A DNA stretch of 64,000 nt, taken from assembly GCF_964355755.1 (NCBI RefSeq), contig NC_092676.1, positions 16,262,871-16,326,870 on the forward strand, written 5' to 3'. This DNA is from Antedon mediterranea. Its lineage: Eukaryota > Animalia > Echinodermata. Under the pieces are notes generated by a model. It saw nothing but the letters and a program-made list of their open reading frames with translations. It ran no database searches and was not told the DNA's origin. The translations under genes were made by a program, and so were the position numbers. This document shows positions 11,801 through 25,762 of this stretch, piece by piece (the stretch's first letter is position 1; every line of letters begins with the position of its first letter).

Positions 11801-13916
11801 TATAAATATAAATAAATTTAGATCACCTGGATATATATGTATAGTATTTGCGCTATAAAATGAATGCATTTTGACATTATTATTTAAATTTAAATATGCA
11901 TTTTCAAAGATTGACCTGATTAAAAACAATATGCAATTTATTACCACCATTTAAATAAAAACTCTTGATCTTGTTAAAGGCACTATAGAAATGATGTTTG
12001 TATTAAAACAAAACTGAACTATACTGTACATCAACATGCCGTTAGCCCTCCTTTCTCTACCCTCTTCTAGCCCTCTTCCTAATGCTGAATTTTTGTTTTG
12101 TTGCAGGCACCTCAACAAAATCAGAAATTATTTCTCTACAAGAATCTCTACAACTTACTCAAGGAAACTTTAAAATTAAGGTATTAAACATACTCATTTA
12201 TTTTTGTCATGATTTTTTATTACTCACATTTTCATTAATTTTGATTAAATCGGTTTGGTGTTTTTTACAGTCATTGACAAATAAGTGATAGAAATTAAAG
12301 AAACAATACTTTTTTTTTTTTTAGGGACATTTCACAACATTAATTACTGGTTTGAGTTACGACTCCTCTGGTTGGAAATTGTCAGCCACAGTAACTGATG
12401 ATGATGGAAAAACAACATTGGATGTTGACCTAGATGATAAGGTAGTCTTTTTCAATGATATGTTTGCTCAAGGCGCTGTGAACTCAGTACAAGTCATGTC
12501 ACTGCAGCCAATTACACTCTCTACACTATTACAATCGCACTCCTCTGTAGTAGGTCCTTTATATTAAAGGACACACAAATGTTTTGTGTACCCTGAGCCT
12601 ACGGTTTGTAATAGTTTGTATCTGAGAAAACTGGAGAGAGTTTGCCAATATTAAGGCAATGGGTTAACCACGGTTCAATTATTCTTCATAGTTAATGTTT
12701 TTTACAGTATTGTCTGTTTATAAATTTTATTGTTATTCATTTTTGTAGGTACTTTCTCAACTTATTGGATTTACTGTTCTCGAAATGATGGTGAGTAGCA
12801 TTTATATTGTTTCACTTTTTGAATTGAAAATGTCAAAATTGGAATCATGAGTAGGTGCATAGGTGGGGTTAAGTATTATGAAGATGACTTTGAACAGATA
12901 TTAATTTTCATCTAGTATGCAAATAATTAGTGCGATGGTACAAATAATTTCATAAGGTGCGATTATAACCAACTTTTCTTTCACCGAATGAAATTTGTTC
13001 CATTGCACGAATATAAAACATTCATTGTGCTTTTAGCGAGAGCCATTCAGAATGCGACATTTTTGTACTCATAGTAGAACAATTATAAACAGTGCACACC
13101 ACATGTTGATCGAACATGACCAGTCAAAACAGCCTTTCGTGCCTATAATTGCTCACTGTGTAACAAAATGAACTTGAACTGAAATGAAATTGCAGTACTC
13201 ATGCGCATAATGACATTGCACTCTTGATGACATCATTAAGAGTGCACTAGAACATTTATTTAATACCATGTGACCCACAATCCTCCAATCAAATGACAAG
13301 AATCTACTTATGACTGTGTTTTAATTATTTCTATCTAATTGTCATATTTTTAGTAATTTCAAATTCCTTTGACTTGTTGTTATTCATAGTTGATGAAGAA
13401 AGAAATGAAGAACAATAAGAAAGAGGTTGCAATACGGATTAAATCGGTGAGTAAACCAAAACAGTAAATAAGAGATATACTGTATATATCTAAAACCTTT
13501 TCACACTGCAAAAAGTAACAACAAGTTGTAACCAGGGTTACATAGTGTGCAGACAATTTTGTGAAAAATTTCATAGAGTACCCTTGAGACGACTGTTTTT
13601 TTGTGTTCTGAAATGTCCTGAGTTGTTACTGCGCATGAGTAATTGCCCTGGTATTAAACTGACCAATTATGGTAATCAAATATACTTTCTAACAATTTTC
13701 TCAAGGTTTGAAAAACGTGTAATAAACCGGGAGCTAAAAATACAATTGTTAGATGTGAAAAGGGTATGACATAAAAATAATGTCTTAGTTTTTTTTCCTC
13801 AGGGATTATCGGAATGCCAGGAAGCGTTGAAGAAAATGCATTGTGTAATGGTGATAAAGAAGACCAATCTTACTGGCCATCCTTGTGTTATAGAAGTCGA
13901 TTATCAAAAATCATAA
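5830..13916 (+). CDS. RMI1: RecQ-mediated genome instability protein 1 (BTR dissolvasome subunit), spliced
   Basis: Exons with GT-AG and consistent phase: 5830-5934, 7160-7306, 7557-7667, 8566-8691, 8981-9114, 9428-9641, 10297-10570, 11084-11446, 12107-12180, 12325-12441, 12749-12790, 13390-13446, 13803-13916. Motifs: EWVEACLDWI, VYEQWLGSDL, DVSESAYSQLQ, SRMLMLYLTDG, MEYKPI..L...LLPGTK, RLGVLML...IKVLGGEV (N-terminal OB fold); WKLSATVTD, VLSQLIGFT (C-terminal OB fold). Confidence 0.93.
6091..6384. mobile_element. MITE (PIF/Harbinger-like), degenerate copy of the 30185-30522 family
   Basis: TGCACTTGTCAATTGTATGACCCAC ... GTGGGTCATACAATTGACAA inverted ends, preceded by TTA; interior aligns with the 30185 copy. 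Confidence 0.8.
7890..8200 (-). mobile_element. 5'-truncated CR1/L2-type LINE 3' end
   Basis: Minus strand encodes NSQGKRTFVYRSTKLWNSLPNNIKS...FK* (typical CR1/L2 ORF2 C-terminus), followed by a T-rich UTR and (AATAA)n tail. It appears inserted into another dispersed repeat (GTCGACATAAG-containing, related to 34490-34850). Confidence 0.7.
9914..10235. repeat. 88-bp minisatellite, ~3.5 copies (RMI1 intron)
   Basis: CTCTAGACTGGACCAAAC recurs at 9998, 10086 and 10174; degenerate copy from 9914. Confidence 0.9.
10709..10876. repeat. 83-bp tandem duplication
   Basis: CCAGCCACGACCTGCTTGC...ATCATTTGTCC present twice, apparently identical. Confidence 0.9.
10924..11041. mobile_element. Harbinger-like MITE, AGCTCTGTCTACACTATCA family
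   Basis: TGTCTACACTATC ... GATAGTGTAGACA inverted ends; core GTGATGTGCCCATAT shared with copies at 21215, 26448, 34897, 39697 and 44858. Confidence 0.8.
12925..13310. repeat. Dispersed non-autonomous repeat (second copy 25195-25660)
   Basis: Shared blocks GTGC(G/A)ATGGTACAAATAATTTCAT, TTTGTTCCATTG(C/T)ACGAA, GTGTAACAAAATGAAC, TGAAATTGCA, CATGTGACCCAC..TCC.TCCAA. Confidence 0.7.
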
Positions 13917-14228
13917 TTATATACACTTATATAACAGTTATTATATTACAGTTTATATAGATTAATTACATTACTGATTCGGATTCTGTTTGAAGTACTG
14001 TATAAGGAAAATAGAAAAAGCAACCTCCGCCACCAGAGGGAAAAGAAAAAATGTATCAAGAATCGTGAATCGGGTCGTAATCCTATCAGAAATTTAAATG
14101 GAGCTACGTTTACATACCCTTCGCAGTACATGTATATATATGTATATGTATGTTTATACATGTGAACATATGCAATGCTTAAAATGATGTAATGTAGAAT
14201 TTAGGTTAAAGTCATCGCAAATGAAAGA

Positions 14229-14340
14229 CCATCTATTAGCCAGGTGCTAGGAGATACGTCCCATTATGTCATAAACTCCAAAGACTCCCTATTAGCCAGG
14301 TGCTAGGAGATCCCACGTCCCATTATGTCATAAACTCCAA
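14229..14340. repeat. ~57-bp tandem duplication in the RMI1 3' region
   Basis: CTATTAGCCAGGTGCTAGGAGAT..ACGTCCCATTATGTCATAAACTCCAA twice. Confidence 0.85.
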
Positions 14341-14737
14341 GCAAAATTAACAACATCATAGCGAACCATAGCTATTTTAATTCATGGTTTTTCTGAACAA
14401 GTATGTTTTATTTAAATTCAAATTATGTATTGTACTGTATATAGAAATTAAATTATTGTATACATTGATAACATTTTTGAGTTTTTTTGTGCCTGTATCA
14501 ACTTTAGTTTAATAATTTGATATTTGTCTTTCATATTTCTTTTATAACAAATATCAAACTTTGCACTTACGTAATATTCACTAGGCCTACTAGGTTTTTA
14601 AAAATAAGAAGAAAACTTTAATGAATAATGCTAAGTAAAGACTGCAGCTGCTGTTCTCCCCCCATGAAAAAGTTTATCTTTTTCAAAATGAATTTTGGTA
14701 CAACGCCCTCTATACAAAAAAAGACAAAACGTTCAAG

Positions 14738-17700
14738 ATGGCGGCTTCCTCAAGAGAAACAACAAACGATACGGTTTTTTCTTCGTTTATGACAGAGGTA
14801 GCATATATTTTCTAAATAACTAAATAATTTGTCCTACATAAGAAAAAGCTAAGGTACAAAACTGCATACCAATTTGTCATGATTGTGGAGTCCAGGCCTT
14901 CGCTGATAGAGTTAGGCCCAATAGCCAACATCCAAACAGCAGCATCACGGCGCATTTCATGGCCATGCTGTGTGTTGGCCTATGCTTTTTAATCCGGCCT
15001 AACAAGGCCTAGACTAACCGACTAATCCCATCCGAAGCTATGGTCCAGGTATCTATCTATCTAGGCTCACTCTCTAGGCCTAGGGGCCTAGGCTATACTA
15101 GCCTAGATTAATCATAAATCATAAATAAATGTTTTTGATTGATGCCAGCTTTATTGTGATGATTATCATTTAATGTTGTCTAGGCTAGGGCCTATCTATG
15201 TCTTATGATGCTATTTAATTGACTAGAGGCCTAGCTAGGGCCTAGGCCCTATGATTTATAAAATAATAAATAACTATTTTCCAAAAAATGTGTTAGGCCT
15301 ATATTGTACATCAATCAATAATCCGCCACTTCACCTAATTGTCTGAAATTCATTTCTAGGCCTAGGCCTATAGATAGGCTATATAATAAATATATATTGG
15401 GAGAAAGGGTTACGTCAGAAATTATACATTTATTTACTGAAATTGAGAATGGAATCTCCAGCCACATGATCTTAAGAAGTGTTATGACAATGTGAAATAA
15501 ACTAAAGTAGGCCTAGTCTTTAGATGAGTATTGAATGTAAATACAGTACATCTGTAGGCTACAACAATTGATTGATATTTTTTTATCAGGTAAAAGAAAT
15601 AGAGAAGAAGGATTCGGTTTTAACAAGCAAACAGCAAATTGACCGTTTATTGCGTCCAGGAAGTACATACTTTAACCTTAATCCATTTGAGGTATTTATG
15701 CTAGTTATATTTTCATTAATTAACTGTTTTTCTCACAAATCTAACCCAATTTTACCTACCAGGCCATACTAAATCTCAACCACATTACTGTATAATGTAA
15801 TCAAATATCTTATATGGAGACCAAACTTGTCAATGTTGGTCTTGAATTGATGCATGTGTAGTCTATATAATACATGATTTGATTTTAACATTAACTTCAA
15901 AGGGAATATTTTGGTATAAATTCCTTCACTTACAAAAAAATATACAAGTATGAAATTTGCCTAGACAGCCGAGTCTAGTGTCAAGCGATAAAGGCTATAG
16001 CACTAGAAACTGTTGCCATACCAGGGAAGAGTGTAATTTCACTTTTCTATAGCCATACAAGTGGTAGGTTAAATGCTCTTCTTGACCATGGTTCTTGTAG
16101 TAGAACAAGTCTAATAATTATGTAATAATTTAATTAAATATACTGTAGTAACCATTCATTGTAAATTAAGAGATAACCACAACATAGGTTTGTCTTACAA
16201 CAAACAATTGTTCTTGTAGGTTTTACAAGTAGATCCAGCTATGAAGGTTGAAACTATTAAAAAGCAATACAGAAAGGTAACATTACACATACTTTAAATA
16301 CTTTTTTGCAGTATAATATTGTACTATATTTGATTTGACCATAATTAGGAAATATTCTATTTTTACATGTAGGAAATAGATTGATAATATAAGTAAGTCA
16401 TTGTAATATATAGTGTGTGGATTGATGCTAACATTTAATTTGTCACTGACAAATTATAGGTGATCTTTTTGTGATTGTTGATTTAATGAGAAAGAATAAA
16501 TTAATTTAAAAAAATTAATAATGCAGTGTGTAAATAATTAATGTATCATGTTAATAAGACTATTTAATATTTAAAATCTTTGAAAAGTTCTTTTCTGTTA
16601 CAGTACGTCATTATAAAACCGATTACTCTCACTGCAGTGATGAAGGTTTAGTGTTAATCAAAAGCTAGTTCCTTTCTTGCTGTTTTACTTTATCGTTACG
16701 TTTTGATTTAGGTTTTAGCTGTATATTTACAGTATATCTCCATTGAGATAACCATCAAATTTTTAGTATTTTGCCTTTTAATTCATAATATTAAGTTGAT
16801 ATAAAATTTGTTGTTTTCAGTTATCAATATTAATTCATCCAGACAAGAATCCTGATAACAAGGAGCGTTCATTATCAGCCTTTGAAAGTAACAATTATTT
16901 TATCATTTACAGTTAATAATATATAAATAGCAATGGTAGATATGGAATAACCCAATACAGATTTATACAAAAATGTTGTCATCTAGTTTAAAAATCCTTT
17001 GTGCACAAACAAAACCATGCATTATTTGTAAATTGTATCAATTAGTAAATTAAAATATGTAATTTTTTTTATGAAATATCGATTTTTTGTCAATAAATTT
17101 TATCTTTGGGTAATTTAGTAAAAATTAAATTAGTCTACTAGAGGACAAGGCTATTTTCCAAAAATAATTCCTAACAATTTATTTACATTTTGTATATACA
17201 CATTTTTTCTTATTTGATATAACAGTCATAAATAAGGCAATGAAGCATATAGAAGATGAAACTCAAAGAAAACGTGTTTTAAATACTATTCAAGAGGCCA
17301 AAGAAAAAACAGAGTTTGATGTAAGTAAATGTGTACTCATTATTAAAACATACATTACAGTATATGGTATTGTAGAAATAATGAATGTTATGAGTTAAAT
17401 GGGAATAATATTTTATGATTTGACTGTTCTATTTGACAGAGCCAAGTTCAATAAAACAGTAAATTTCTCAGCTCTGGACTGGGCCTAACAATATATGCTA
17501 CATTCTATATACTAGTTTGAGCGTCACATATAATTGTGCTAATTGCAAGGAAAACAAAATTGAAAAATATCTTAAACAATAATTTTAAAATGGATTAGCT
17601 CTGATGCAAATGTACTCAATACAGTTATGAGTACATTTTAAATACAGGAAAAGTTACTATTGGGTTGTATGCAATGAAACTCACACCCTCATTGAGTATA

Positions 17701-19366
17701 AATGACTAAGAAATGATTAAAACTCTACTCGCATTATAAAACAGATCAAAGCCATACATTGACAATATTTAAACATACATTTTCAGCTTGAAGAAAAGAG
17801 GAAGAAACTTAAAAAGGAAGGAAAATCAACAGTTATAGAAGAAGATAATCCAGAAAGGGTAAGATAAAATCAATGAATTAATTTATAAATATTAAAGTCT
17901 TCTGCACTTAAAAATTAAAATAATATGAAATATGTAATATATGTTTTAAAACAATATAAACTCTAATGCATGTCTGTACAATTGAGGGACTAGTACTGTT
18001 CCGCTGTACCACGCCGAGAGTGTTAAAAGAGTCGCTATCCAATTGAATTTGAACAATACCATGATGGTCTAATGGTTAGGATGTCTGCATATCATTACCA
18101 AGTAGAAGGTTCCGGTTTCATATCTTGGTTGGGCCGACTTTTTCTCATTCTCACAGATATCCTTATCTGTATTGTTTCAAATTAAAATTAAATTTCAATA
18201 TATCACTTGGTGGTTTAGAATATATTCTGTGCCTGTTAATTAATATAATAATACCATGAGGGTCCCAAATGATCAGCAAATGCTGAATGGATCACCATCA
18301 ATAAATATGGTTAAAATAATAATTAAAATAAAATAAATATAATTTAATGTAGCTTAATTGTCACCATTGTCTATTTGTGTTCAAGACATCTCAAAATGTC
18401 AAATCTTTATTATGATATCTGTCCACATTATGACCCATATCCAAACTGATTAAGTCTAGTTGTACTTGAAACATACATACATAAATAAACGTACATGTAA
18501 ATCATAAAATATTTTATAACATCAAACTATTTAAACAACATACATATGAATATGTGATTTGCCATGCCGATCAGGTTGAGAGATTTGTCTCAGACATATT
18601 TGAACAGCATTTGAAACATGTTTTCTAGCATAAAGCTGCCCTCTACAAAACAACAGTAAAACTGTTCGCTGATTATGAGAGGCGGCGTAAGGAGTTAGAG
18701 GATAGAGAGCAACAGATAAGGAAACGAGAACGTGAGGAAGAAATTGCAAATGAAGATAAGACAAAAAAGCAAAAAGAGTGGCAGAAAGAATGGGAGGTAA
18801 GTTCAAAGGTCATCACACCTTAGCAAGGTGCATCTATATAATAGTTACGATTTTCAATCATTTTTTTTCCATTTCATTTACAGTATTTATTCAACTAAAG
18901 CAGTAGTTAAAAATATTAAAGCCTCGATTGTACTGGACTTAATTCGCCAGCTAAATTAACCAGAATAAGTTCAATCCGGACACTGGCTACAATTCCCTCC
19001 GTGTTAAAGTCCAATGGTTACTTTTACTGACCACTGCCTGCCCAGTAGAACTGACCATGGTCTTGTTAAAAATAATCACGCCGGCTGAAAAGTCCAATCC
19101 GAACGTGCAGTTAACTGCGTGAAATTATTCAAGTGGGAACAATGGTCAAATTTACAGATGGGCTTGGGTAAAGTTACCTTGGTAAAATTTATCATTTCAA
19201 GTCCAGTGCCAACAAGGCTTTATTTAAAATTCTTATTATTTTGTTTTAGGATGGGCGAACAAAACGAGTAGATAACTGGAGGACTTTCAACGATAAAAAG
19301 AAAAAGAAGAAAAGTAGTAATAAGGGACAGTTTCGACCACCAAAGCCTAAACTTGAGCAACGATGA
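14738..19366 (+). CDS. DNAJC8: DnaJ homolog subfamily C member 8 (splicing protein spf31), spliced
   Basis: Exons 14738-14797, 15590-15691, 16220-16276, 16821-16887, 17226-17320, 17787-17858, 18629-18796, 19250-19366. FMTEVKEIEKKDSVLTSKQQIDRLLRPGSTYFNLNPFEVLQ, J-domain HPDKN, RVDNWRTF, C-terminal FRPPKPKLEQR*. Confidence 0.96.
18058..18340 (+). mobile_element. tRNA-derived SINE with LINE-like 3' tail
   Basis: A-box-like TGGTCTAATGG, degenerate B box, tail GGGTCCCAAATGATCAGCAA.TGCTG.ATGGATCACC..CA.TAAATATGGTT plus (AAAAT)n, shared with ~55170 and ~60488; head also seen inverted at 35360-35470. Confidence 0.7.
18920..19219. mobile_element. Probable Harbinger-like MITE
   Basis: AGCCTCGATTGTACTGGACTT ... 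AAGTCCAGTGCCAACAAGGCT imperfect TIRs flanked by TAA/TTA. Confidence 0.6.
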
Positions 19367-20186
19367 TTGAAATATAAAGTAACAGCCCATATTGCCAAGT
19401 CTACTATTTTCAGGACTTTATAAGAAGTATTTTGATACTGAACTTGTTTTTGTAGTTTGGTATTGTAGGTTTGTACCAGAAGCAGCCATTAACGGCTGTA
19501 TATTTTGAAGGTGTCACTTGTGTACAATCCTACATATTTTCTGGATCACACTTCTGAGATGATCCATCTTTGACAATCTTTGGAAATGATCCCAGACCAG
19601 AATACAACTTTAGCCAATATATTGGTCATTATTTTAGACCGTGGCCAAAAGTCTGTTTAATTTTAATGTTGTTTCTAACTGCTGAAGGAGCACAAACGAC
19701 TATTAATAGTTATAGCTACATTATAGTTGATGTTTGCATGAGTTGGAATGATGGTTAGAAGAGAAGAAAAGAAAAAATATAGATCTACTATGCCGTATTA
19801 TAAAGACTATTTTTCAAAGACTTATGATACTGTATGAAGTACAACATTGTGATTTGAATACCATGTGATGCCTTTCTGTCACTGATATCTGTTTGGCTAG
19901 TAATCAAATACCTTTTGTTTTAAATACTGCTACTGCTATTACAGTCAGCTGTTAGTAGATCATGCTTTTGATCATTATGTTAGAAATCGCAGAGAGTTTA
20001 AATGATAGATGGTATTGCAGTTTTGCTTTTGCTTTAAACATGTATACAATAGGAATGCAGATCTCGTCTTATACTTTGGAAAAGGATTACGGCTATTGTA
20101 CCTTGGAATGGAATTTGTTATGGTCATCTTGGCTGAAAAGAATTGTGATCATTAATACAGAAATAATGTTTGACAAACGATATTTT

Positions 20187-20420
20187 GATTTTACTAGGGA
20201 GCCCCGTAAAATCCAGCTATAATACATGCAAACCTGTGTTTATATTTTACTAGGGAGCCCTGTAAAATCCAGCTATAATACATGCAAACCTGTGTTTATA
20301 TTTTACTAGGGAGCCCTATAAATCCACTATAGTTCATGCAAACCTATGTTTATATTTTACTAGGGAGCCCTGTAAAATCCAGCTAAAGTTCATGAAACTA
20401 TGTTTATATTTTACTAGGAA
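20187..20420. repeat. ~56-57-bp minisatellite, 4 copies
   Basis: ATTTTACTAGGGAGCCCTGTAAAATCCAGCTATAATACATGCAAACCTGTGTTTAT repeated. Confidence 0.9.
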
Positions 20421-20979
20421 ATCTTGTTTCATTCTAATGCATTCTAAGAATAGAAAAATTGGTTTCTCCTACTTACTACACATGCATAATATGTGTGGCA
20501 TAAAGTGATTGTTGTAAACAATTTTCACCATAAAATGTTTGCTTGTGTGACAGCCCATAATAATAATCTGTAAAAGAGTGTAGTTAAGCAGGGAGTTAAA
20601 AAATTAAGTAAACATTTTTTATTTTGAGAAAGTGAATGTTTGTATTTACTATATAACAATACAAAGATGTACTTTCCATTGGCTATTTTCATTTTGGCTT
20701 GTATTTCAATATTTTCTATTGTTTTATTTAATATTTTAATGCATTACTAGCAAAATATTTATTTATTTAAATGCAGTCACTTAAAAGTGATTAATCAGCA
20801 ACGTGTCTACATTCCTTCTTGATTTTGCTTGTGAACATTCTTAGCACATTTTTTTTAGAAAAGTACCATTGGTATTTCCAAAATTCCAAAAAACTCCTAC
20901 CTATTAGTATTAAATTACAAGTTTATTTATGTTTTGGCATCTAATAAACTATATTAAAATCAAGCAATAATTAGTTACT

Positions 20980-21138
20980 AAAGCGTTGTCCACACACACT
21001 AAAGAAGCATGCATGGGATGAAGCGTTGTCCACACACACTAAAGAAGCATGCATGGGATGAAGCGTTGTCCACACACACGAAAGAAGCATGCATGGGATG
21101 AAGCGTTGTCCACACACACTAAAGAAGCATGCATGGGA
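20980..21138. repeat. 40-bp minisatellite, 4 copies
   Basis: AAGCGTTGTCCACACACACTAAAGAAGCATGCATGGGATG repeated. Confidence 0.95.
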
Positions 21139-21919
21139 CAAAGTCAAGATAATCAAAATTATATCCAAGTTACAACCAACACATGAGCTTATTTGAACAG
21201 TTAACGCTTAAATTCATGTGACAAAAAAATGTGATGTGCCCATATATGTACATGGTGACATCATATCACTACCATATTTGGGCACATCACACTCTTTTTG
21301 TGAAACTAGATTGATAGTGTAGACAGTATACATAGTGTAAACTGTATTTAACTACAATAGAGAAAAGATCATGTAAACATAGTTTATACAGGGAGTTGTA
21401 AAACTCTATGGTTTATATTGAGTTGAGATAATGATTGTAATGTAATGATGATTGGCAATGGTTAAATGACGCATTCTTCCAACCCACTGGCCCTTTAAAA
21501 ATCTGCAAAAAGTTCAATTGGAAAAAACTAATATGTTTTTATTTGAATGTAATTAGTTTACTAGTATTTAAAAATCAATGTTATGAGGTAATACATTCTT
21601 TTATTGTAATGTGTTTTTTTTTAATTCTTGTCCTAACAATGTTAATACACCTTGAATTTCATCCAAGATTTTCTAAGTACAGGGCTACCTCTAATAGCAG
21701 ATCTTCAGTATATTATCTAATTTTAATTGTTCAGTGTTATGGCAGGACTACTTCCAATTTAAAACAACATACAGGACCCGGGTTTAGTATATTAATCTGC
21801 AGATGTGTCATTTGGACACATTTCGTCCAGTTATAGTTGCATTTTTAACTGCTTAAATTTAACCCACATAAAGATCTGGGTTTAGTATACTTTGTATTTA
21901 TTTCTATTGTGTAGGGCTA

Positions 21920-22135
21920 TAGGAGTGGATCCAGGAGGTAGCGCTAGGGGTGCTCGCTCCCTCTTTTGCCAAAGAAGGAAAGACCCTTGGTTTTGTACAC
22001 CAAGGGGTCCTCCAACACTGGGTAGTTGCATTGAAACTTCTCATGCTGTGGGGCCTCAAAATCTCTGAGGCCCCTGAGTTTAGCCAGTGAGCACTCATAG
22101 CTGTTACCATTAAAAAAATCCTGGATCCATCCCTG
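21920..22135. mobile_element. hAT-like MITE remnant
   Basis: TAGGAGTGGATCCAGGA ... TCCTGGATCCATCCCTG inverted ends; no clear TSD. Confidence 0.55.
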
Positions 22136-25100
22136 GTATTTAAAGTATGTTATATATTGGAAAGAAACATTTATGGTTATACATGGCTACCTCCAATTAA
22201 AAAACACAGAAGACTGGTCTATCAAATCTGTTAATACAAGAAAGTTTAATGTAATTGTGTCCAGCTATAGTTATGCTATAGATATACACTATACACTACG
22301 TGTATCATAATGATCGTATTATAATGTATATTTTTTATAACAATGTACTGTGTATATTAAGATACAATGCAAGCTGTTACTCCACATCAGAATAAATTCA
22401 ATAAAGAACATGGTTGATTACTTTGAACTTTCCATATAGTAGGGCCTGTTTATGCTGCATATTGCCAAACTGTTTATTTAAAAAATATAATCTTTAAACT
22501 GACTAAATTTAAACTAAATTTATGTTTGATTGTAAATAATATTACCGTAATAATAATTGTACCCAAAATTCAATGTAATCAAGTGTTCTAGATACTACAG
22601 CTGTCAATCAAATAACTGTTCTTTTGCATTTCAGTTAAAAGTTGCACAGTGATAACCAGTTAAATGGCATTCTAACCAGTTAAATGACTTCTAACCAGTT
22701 AAATGGCATTCTAACTCCTAATAGTTTTGTGTTTTAACCGGTATTTTTATGCTGCCATTTAATAGTATAGTATTGAAAATTTGTCTCGTTTCTGCTGCAA
22801 AGAAGTTAGGGGCAATTTATTCACACAGTTATTATTTGGTTATTTTTTTGCGGCAAAAACAGGCCCTAAAAACTATAGTTAGTTATAATGTGTAGAAAGG
22901 ATGCTGTTGCAGAGAGGTACAGTGTTCAAGCTTGTTTCTCTGCAATGTAAATAATAATAAAATATGTGAACTTTTCATCTTTTTTTGTTGTTGACTATTA
23001 TTGATTATAATTTTATGCTGTGCCTAAATTATACTGGATACCAGAGTATATTCTAAATATCTCTCTAATCTCAGTAGTATTTACGTGTACATTCACAAAG
23101 TCTGATGATGTCATTACAGGGTGACTTCTTTGTGAATTATATAAATCTGATGTATACAAAAGTGTGAAGAAGTTATTTTAAATGTATGGTTCGACTTTCA
23201 TTTTATTGTCAAAGTTAGAAAAGAAACTTATATTGTAGAACATTGATATTTAAAACCACAACATTCTATTATGTTATGACTTTGTTTAGGTACATCATTT
23301 GTGTTGTTTGTTCTGTATGATTGCCTCCTATGGTATATATATAGGGACAATGATGATAACATTTGCTTTTGAAAATACTCGGCAATGCATCTAAATACAG
23401 TACATAATAATTATACCCTTGTATTGCATATAAACAGTTCAAAATATTTCGGGCCTGTTCAGGCTAGTTATTTACCCAGATAAGTTGGTTCCTACCCATC
23501 AGAGTTAATGCATCACCTCACTCACCACTAGTTTCCTGAGGTCTTAAAATAATTTTGCCTCTTCAATATACCTTAACATGTATGACACTTGATGATAGAA
23601 CGAGCAAATGACAGTGCATATGTTAACACTGTGTTTTAAATGTGGTACTACTGTATATCTCTGGTCTGATGTTTAGAATGGCGTTTTGCTTTTTGTGTGG
23701 AAGAGAATATAGTGGGTTGGGTTCATCCATATGGGTTGGGGTGTTTATTCAAAGCAGGATGTTATTCAAATAAATACAGTATTCACTATGCATACACATT
23801 TTTCTAGGTCCAGAACTGGATAACTCAAAATAAACAAGCACATTCTACAAATAAAATTTATTTATTTTAAATCAATAACTTGATTGCTGATAAATACTGT
23901 AAAACAGATATAGAAAATTAGTCAATAGTATTTTTCATATAAAATATACCGACTACAGTACACTACTACAATTGTTCATAAACCACAATTGATTATTGAG
24001 TTTTTCACGTTATCATAGATTCCTCAATTGATTCATTTTAAAGTTCAAGTACAACGTGAAACTACAATATTTTACCTCATTTAACTGGATTTATTATCAT
24101 GATTTTTGTAAAAACCATAATATATAATTCTATTATAAATGTTGAACTTTTGAATAATAGTATATAATCTTAGACCAATTAAAATAAATATTGATAAATC
24201 TACATTTGTTTAGCACTATTTTGATAAAATATCAGAATGCTTGTGGTTCTTTAAATAATGTATTGTACCCCACAAACATGATGATTAATATAATCAGACT
24301 TTAAATAGTCCATTTTGTAGTTTTAACAAAGTTAATCACATTAGTAGAGAAAAACCAACAAATATAATGTTTTCACTTATAAAACGACAAAATAAATGGT
24401 TAAATTCAACCAAAAACCCATTGGCTGGCAGCCAATTAAACTATTTTTTTGCATAAATTACATTTTTCAGTTAAATAATTGTAATAATAAAAGTGAATAA
24501 CTATTATGTGACATTAAAATGGCATTAAACAAAACAATTTAAAAAAATCTTTTTTGAAGGGAGACAATATCATATACAGACCACAATTTTCTTTCTAATT
24601 TACAGGTAAGTATTTAGCTAGTACAACCTATATGACTATAACATCAGAAAATGAATTGGCCATGAAACCATACCATTGAACCAGTTACATGTATAAACTG
24701 CTCGGCTATGGATAAACCACTTGGCCAATGCAAAAGGCAGCCATGGATAAACCACTTGGCCAATGAATTACTTTTTATTGTGACTTATCATTTTTCGCTA
24801 TAAAGAAAATTGAATAGATGTACTTTCAATTGGTTCTTCTCTTCTCGTCAAGTATAAACAAATTATTTCAAAACCTTGCATTAATATTGGCCATTTAATA
24901 TTAAAATGTATGAAACATTAGCAACCTTTTTGTTCCAGTCTGCTATGAAACAATAAAACCTGACAGCATCTGTGGATGCTCATCTTCGAATATGGTATTG
25001 CTTTTACATTAGTGAAATCACTAATTTTTACCCCATCAGATTACTAAAATATTCTCCTGGTCTCTGATGTTCCTGAAAACAAACTGTCATCTACATGTGT

Positions 25101-25762
25101 GGCTACTGTGTTATCATAGTCCACCCCCCCCCCCCCCCCAAAAAAAGAGCTGTTGGTAAACAATTTTGGTTTCTGTCATGATCTATTATACAAATAATGA
25201 ATGTTTATAAGTGCAATGGTACAAATAATTTCATGAGACTATAATAGAACATTTCATCTTTCACTGATGAAATTATTTGTTCCATTGTACGAAATAAATA
25301 TTCATCATCAAATATTCATTATTTGTTTTATACCACACCTACTTTAATGAGAGGTTAGGCCAAAAGGCAGCGCTCCAATTTTTGACGTGAGGTAGAACAA
25401 TTATAGACGGCGCAGGTTAATTGAATGTGGTCAGTCAACAAGAGCCTTGGGTCACATGTATGGTTGCTGCTCCTTGTGTAACAAAAATGAACCCGCAAAA
25501 TGAAATTGCACACTCGATGTCATAAGGGTTCAATATTGCACTCTTTGTGATGTAAGAGTTCAATATTGCACTCTCGATGCCATAAGAGTTCAATAGAATA
25601 TTTATTGGATATCATGTGACCCACCATCCCTCCAAAAGTCAAGAATCTACTCAGGTTTGTTATAAATCTTCGTACATTAGTAGACCGGCAGCATACTGAG
25701 AACAAAAGGTCCCTATCAATAATTACTATCCAGAGTTTAATAAAATACTATATTTCTATTGA

